Shown here one piece after another: positions 61,551 to 64,000 of a DNA stretch of 64,000 nt. The stretch covers positions 2,496,001-2,560,000 of the forward strand of contig CAXXLQ010000004.1 of assembly GCA_963668695.2 (NCBI GenBank), read 5' to 3'. The stretch's first letter is position 1; each line of letters begins with the position of its first letter. Under the pieces are notes generated by a model. That model worked only from the letters and a program-made list of their open reading frames with translations, was not told the origin of the DNA and searched no databases. The DNA is from Vicinamibacteria bacterium. GTDB taxonomy: Bacteria; Acidobacteriota; Vicinamibacteria; Marinacidobacterales; Marinacidobacteraceae. A program made the position numbers and the translations under genes.

Positions 61551-62951
61551 ATGACCACCGAACCCCACCCGACGCCGCCCGAGGGCGGCCGCATTTCCAT
61601 TCAGAACGGGCTCCTCCAGGTCCCCGACCACCCGATCATTCCCTTCATCGAGGGCGACGGCACCGGGCGGGACATCTGGCGGGCCAGTGTCCGCGTATTC
61701 GACGCCGCCGTCGAAGTCGCCTACGGCGGAGCGCGCCGCATCGAGTGGCTCGAGGTGCTGGCCGGCGAGAAGGCCTTCAAAGAGACCGGCGACTGGCTTC
61801 CCGAAGAGACGGTAGCGACCTTCCGGGACTACGTGGTCGGGATCAAAGGACCCCTCACCACGCCGGTGGGCGGCGGGATCCGCTCGCTCAACGTGGCGCT
61901 CCGCCAGCTCCTCGACCTCTACGTCTGCCTGCGGCCGGTGAAGTGGTACCAGGGCGTCCCGAGCCCGGTGTACCGCCCGGATCAGGTGGACATGGTCATC
62001 TTCCGGGAGAACAGCGAGGACATCTACGCCGGCGTCGAGTACCGCGAGGGAACCGCAGAGGTCAAGAAGCTCGTCGCTTTCCTCCGCGACGAGATGGGAG
62101 TCACGAAGATCCGCTTCCCCGAAACCTCGGGCATCGGCATCAAGCCGGTGAGCCGCGAGGGGACCGAGCGCCTGGTGCGCGCCGCGATCCGCTACGCCCT
62201 CGAGCAGGGACGGCGGAGCGTCACGCTCGTCCACAAGGGGAACATCATGAAGTTCACCGAGGGCGCTTTCCGGGATTGGGGCTACGCCCTCGCGGCGCGG
62301 GAGTTCCGCGCCGAGACGGTGAGCGAGCGGGAGAGCTGGATCCTGTCGAACCGGGAATCGGGCTCCGGGATCACCACCGTGGACAACGCCCGCGCCATCG
62401 AGCCGGGCTACGACCTGATGCCCGACGAGCGCCGGGCCGAGGTCCGGGACGAGGTGGAAGGCTGTCTGTCCGAGCTGTGGGATTCGCACGGAAACGGCCA
62501 GTGGAAGGAGCGCGTTCTGGTCCGGGACGCGATCGCCGACATCACGCTGCAGCAGGTCCTTACCCGGGCAAGCTCGTTCGATGTGATCGCCACCATGAAC
62601 CTGAACGGCGACTACCTCTCGGACGCCCTCGCCGCCCAGATCGGCGGCATCGGCATCGCCCCCGGAGGAAACATCAACTACGACACCGGACACGCCATCT
62701 TCGAGGCCACCCACGGGACGGCGCCCAAGTACGCCGACCAGGACAAGGTGAATCCCGGTTCGGTGATCCTGTCCGGGGTGATGATGTTCCGTCATCTGCA
62801 CTGGGAAGAGGCCGCCGACCTGATCGAGCGGTCCATCGAAGCCACGATCGCCCAGAAGCGGGTGACCTACGACTTCCACCGGCTGATGGACGGCGCGACC
62901 AAACTCAAGACCTCGGAGTTCGCGGATGCGATCATCGAGAACATGGCCTGA
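61551..62951 (+). CDS. icd: NADP-dependent isocitrate dehydrogenase
   Basis: [47 protein letters not shown]. Confidence 0.97.
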   Translation: MTTEPHPTPPEGGRISIQNGLLQVPDHPIIPFIEGDGTGRDIWRASVRVFDAAVEVAYGGARRIEWLEVLAGEKAFKETGDWLPEETVATFRDYVVGIKGPLTTPVGGGIRSLNVALRQLLDLYVCLRPVKWYQGVPSPVYRPDQVDMVIFRENSEDIYAGVEYREGTAEVKKLVAFLRDEMGVTKIRFPETSGIGIKPVSREGTERLVRAAIRYALEQGRRSVTLVHKGNIMKFTEGAFRDWGYALAAREFRAETVSERESWILSNRESGSGITTVDNARAIEPGYDLMPDERRAEVRDEVEGCLSELWDSHGNGQWKERVLVRDAIADITLQQVLTRASSFDVIATMNLNGDYLSDALAAQIGGIGIAPGGNINYDTGHAIFEATHGTAPKYADQDKVNPGSVILSGVMMFRHLHWEEAADLIERSIEATIAQKRVTYDFHRLMDGATKLKTSEFADAIIENMA

Positions 62952-62997
62952 TCCGCGGGTTCCAGACCAACAGGAATTCCGCAAAAGGGGGTTGCAG

Positions 62998-63924
62998 ATG
63001 CGACCGAAAGTGACCGTGGTCGGCGCTGGCAACGTCGGCGCCACCACCGCCCAGCGGCTGGCCGACGCCGAGCTCTGCGACGTCGTCCTCATCGACATCA
63101 TCGACGGCATTCCCCAGGGGAAGGGCCTCGACATGCTGGAGGCCTGCCCGGTGACGGGCAGCGACGTCCAGGTGAGCGGCACCTGCGACTACGCGGACAC
63201 CGCGGGGTCCGACGTCGTGGTCATCACCGCCGGGCTACCCCGGAAGGCCGGGATGAGCCGGGACGACCTGCTCCGGAAGAACTACCAGATCGTGAGCAGC
63301 GTCACCCGCCACGCGATGGAGCATTCTCCGGATGCCATCCTGGTGGTGGTCTCGAACCCCCTCGACGCCATGGTGCAGACCGCGCTCCGGGCCAGCGGCC
63401 TGCCGAAGGCGCGGGTGGTCGGGATGGCGGGGGTTCTCGATTCGGCGCGCATGCGGGCGTTCATCGCTGCCGAAGTGAACGTCTCGGTCGAGAACGTCCA
63501 CGCCTTCGTGCTCGGCGGGCACGGGGATGACATGGTGCCGCTGCCGCGCTACTCCACGGTCGCCGGGATTCCGCTCCCGGACTTCATGTCCGAGGAAGCC
63601 ATCGCCCGGATCGTCGAGCGGACCCGGAAGGGCGGCGGCGAGATCGTGGCGTACCTGAAGACCGGATCGGCCTACTACGCCCCCTCGGCGGCCATCGTCG
63701 AGATGGTGGACGCCATCCTGAAGGACAAGAAGAAGATCCTTCCCTGCACGGCCTACCTCGAGGGCGAGTACGGCGTGGACGGCCTCTATCTGGGGGTGCC
63801 GGTCAAGCTCGGACGCTCGGGCGTCGAAGAGGTCATCGAGATCAAGCTCACCCCGGACGAGCAGGCCGCGCTCGACCGGTCCGCTGCCGCGGTCCGCGAG
63901 CTCACCGAAAAGATCGGCGTCTAG
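62998..63924 (+). CDS. mdh: Malate dehydrogenase (LDH-like type)
   Basis: [35 protein letters not shown]. Confidence 0.96.
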   Translation: MRPKVTVVGAGNVGATTAQRLADAELCDVVLIDIIDGIPQGKGLDMLEACPVTGSDVQVSGTCDYADTAGSDVVVITAGLPRKAGMSRDDLLRKNYQIVSSVTRHAMEHSPDAILVVVSNPLDAMVQTALRASGLPKARVVGMAGVLDSARMRAFIAAEVNVSVENVHAFVLGGHGDDMVPLPRYSTVAGIPLPDFMSEEAIARIVERTRKGGGEIVAYLKTGSAYYAPSAAIVEMVDAILKDKKKILPCTAYLEGEYGVDGLYLGVPVKLGRSGVEEVIEIKLTPDEQAALDRSAAAVRELTEKIGV

Positions 63925-64000
63925 GAGTCCGTCCGAGGTATGAACGCGGCATTCGACGGGCGATTCATCCCGGCTGAATCGCTACGCTCATCGTTGCGCT
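63924..64000 (-). mobile_element. Partial MITE-family relative running off the window
   Basis: Begins at the mdh TAG; contains GATTCATCCCGGCTGAA and GCTCATCGTTGCGCT, shared with other copies. Confidence 0.6.

Overview
A high-GC bacterial chromosomal segment. The gene content and order (bamA-skp, lolCDE, TonB-type proteins, spoIID/lytB-miaA, recG-rsmD-coaD, icd-mdh) suggest an Acidobacteriota-like diderm; this is inference. The housekeeping backbone includes branched-chain/acyl-CoA catabolism, ispH, uvrB, purine salvage, ribH-nusB-lysS-lolCD, clpC-bamA-skp, miaA, recG, coaD, icd and mdh. Accessory material is interspersed: a decayed IS1-family element carrying passenger genes, several toxin-antitoxin modules (some orphaned), Pro-rich lipoproteins, and a two-gene cassette between recG and rsmD. 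The most unusual signals are non-coding. (1) A ~180-235 bp MITE-like family with RCAGCCTGTGG...CCACAGGCTGY ends, usually flanked by TA; one copy splits a nuclease-like gene and another supplies the only visible start of miaA. (2) A 16-bp module, CCCACCGGGAGAACTG, inserted with 3-bp GCC duplications into two unrelated repeat families in a combinatorial presence/absence pattern. (3) A ~2.2 kb array of about 64 GAACATGTCGC-core units with an A/B dimer structure, directly upstream of a gene for a winged-helix (Fic C-terminal-like) protein and interrupted by a lone IS21-like end. No tRNA, rRNA, CRISPR array or cas gene was recognised. All family assignments come from motif recognition by eye, not database searches.
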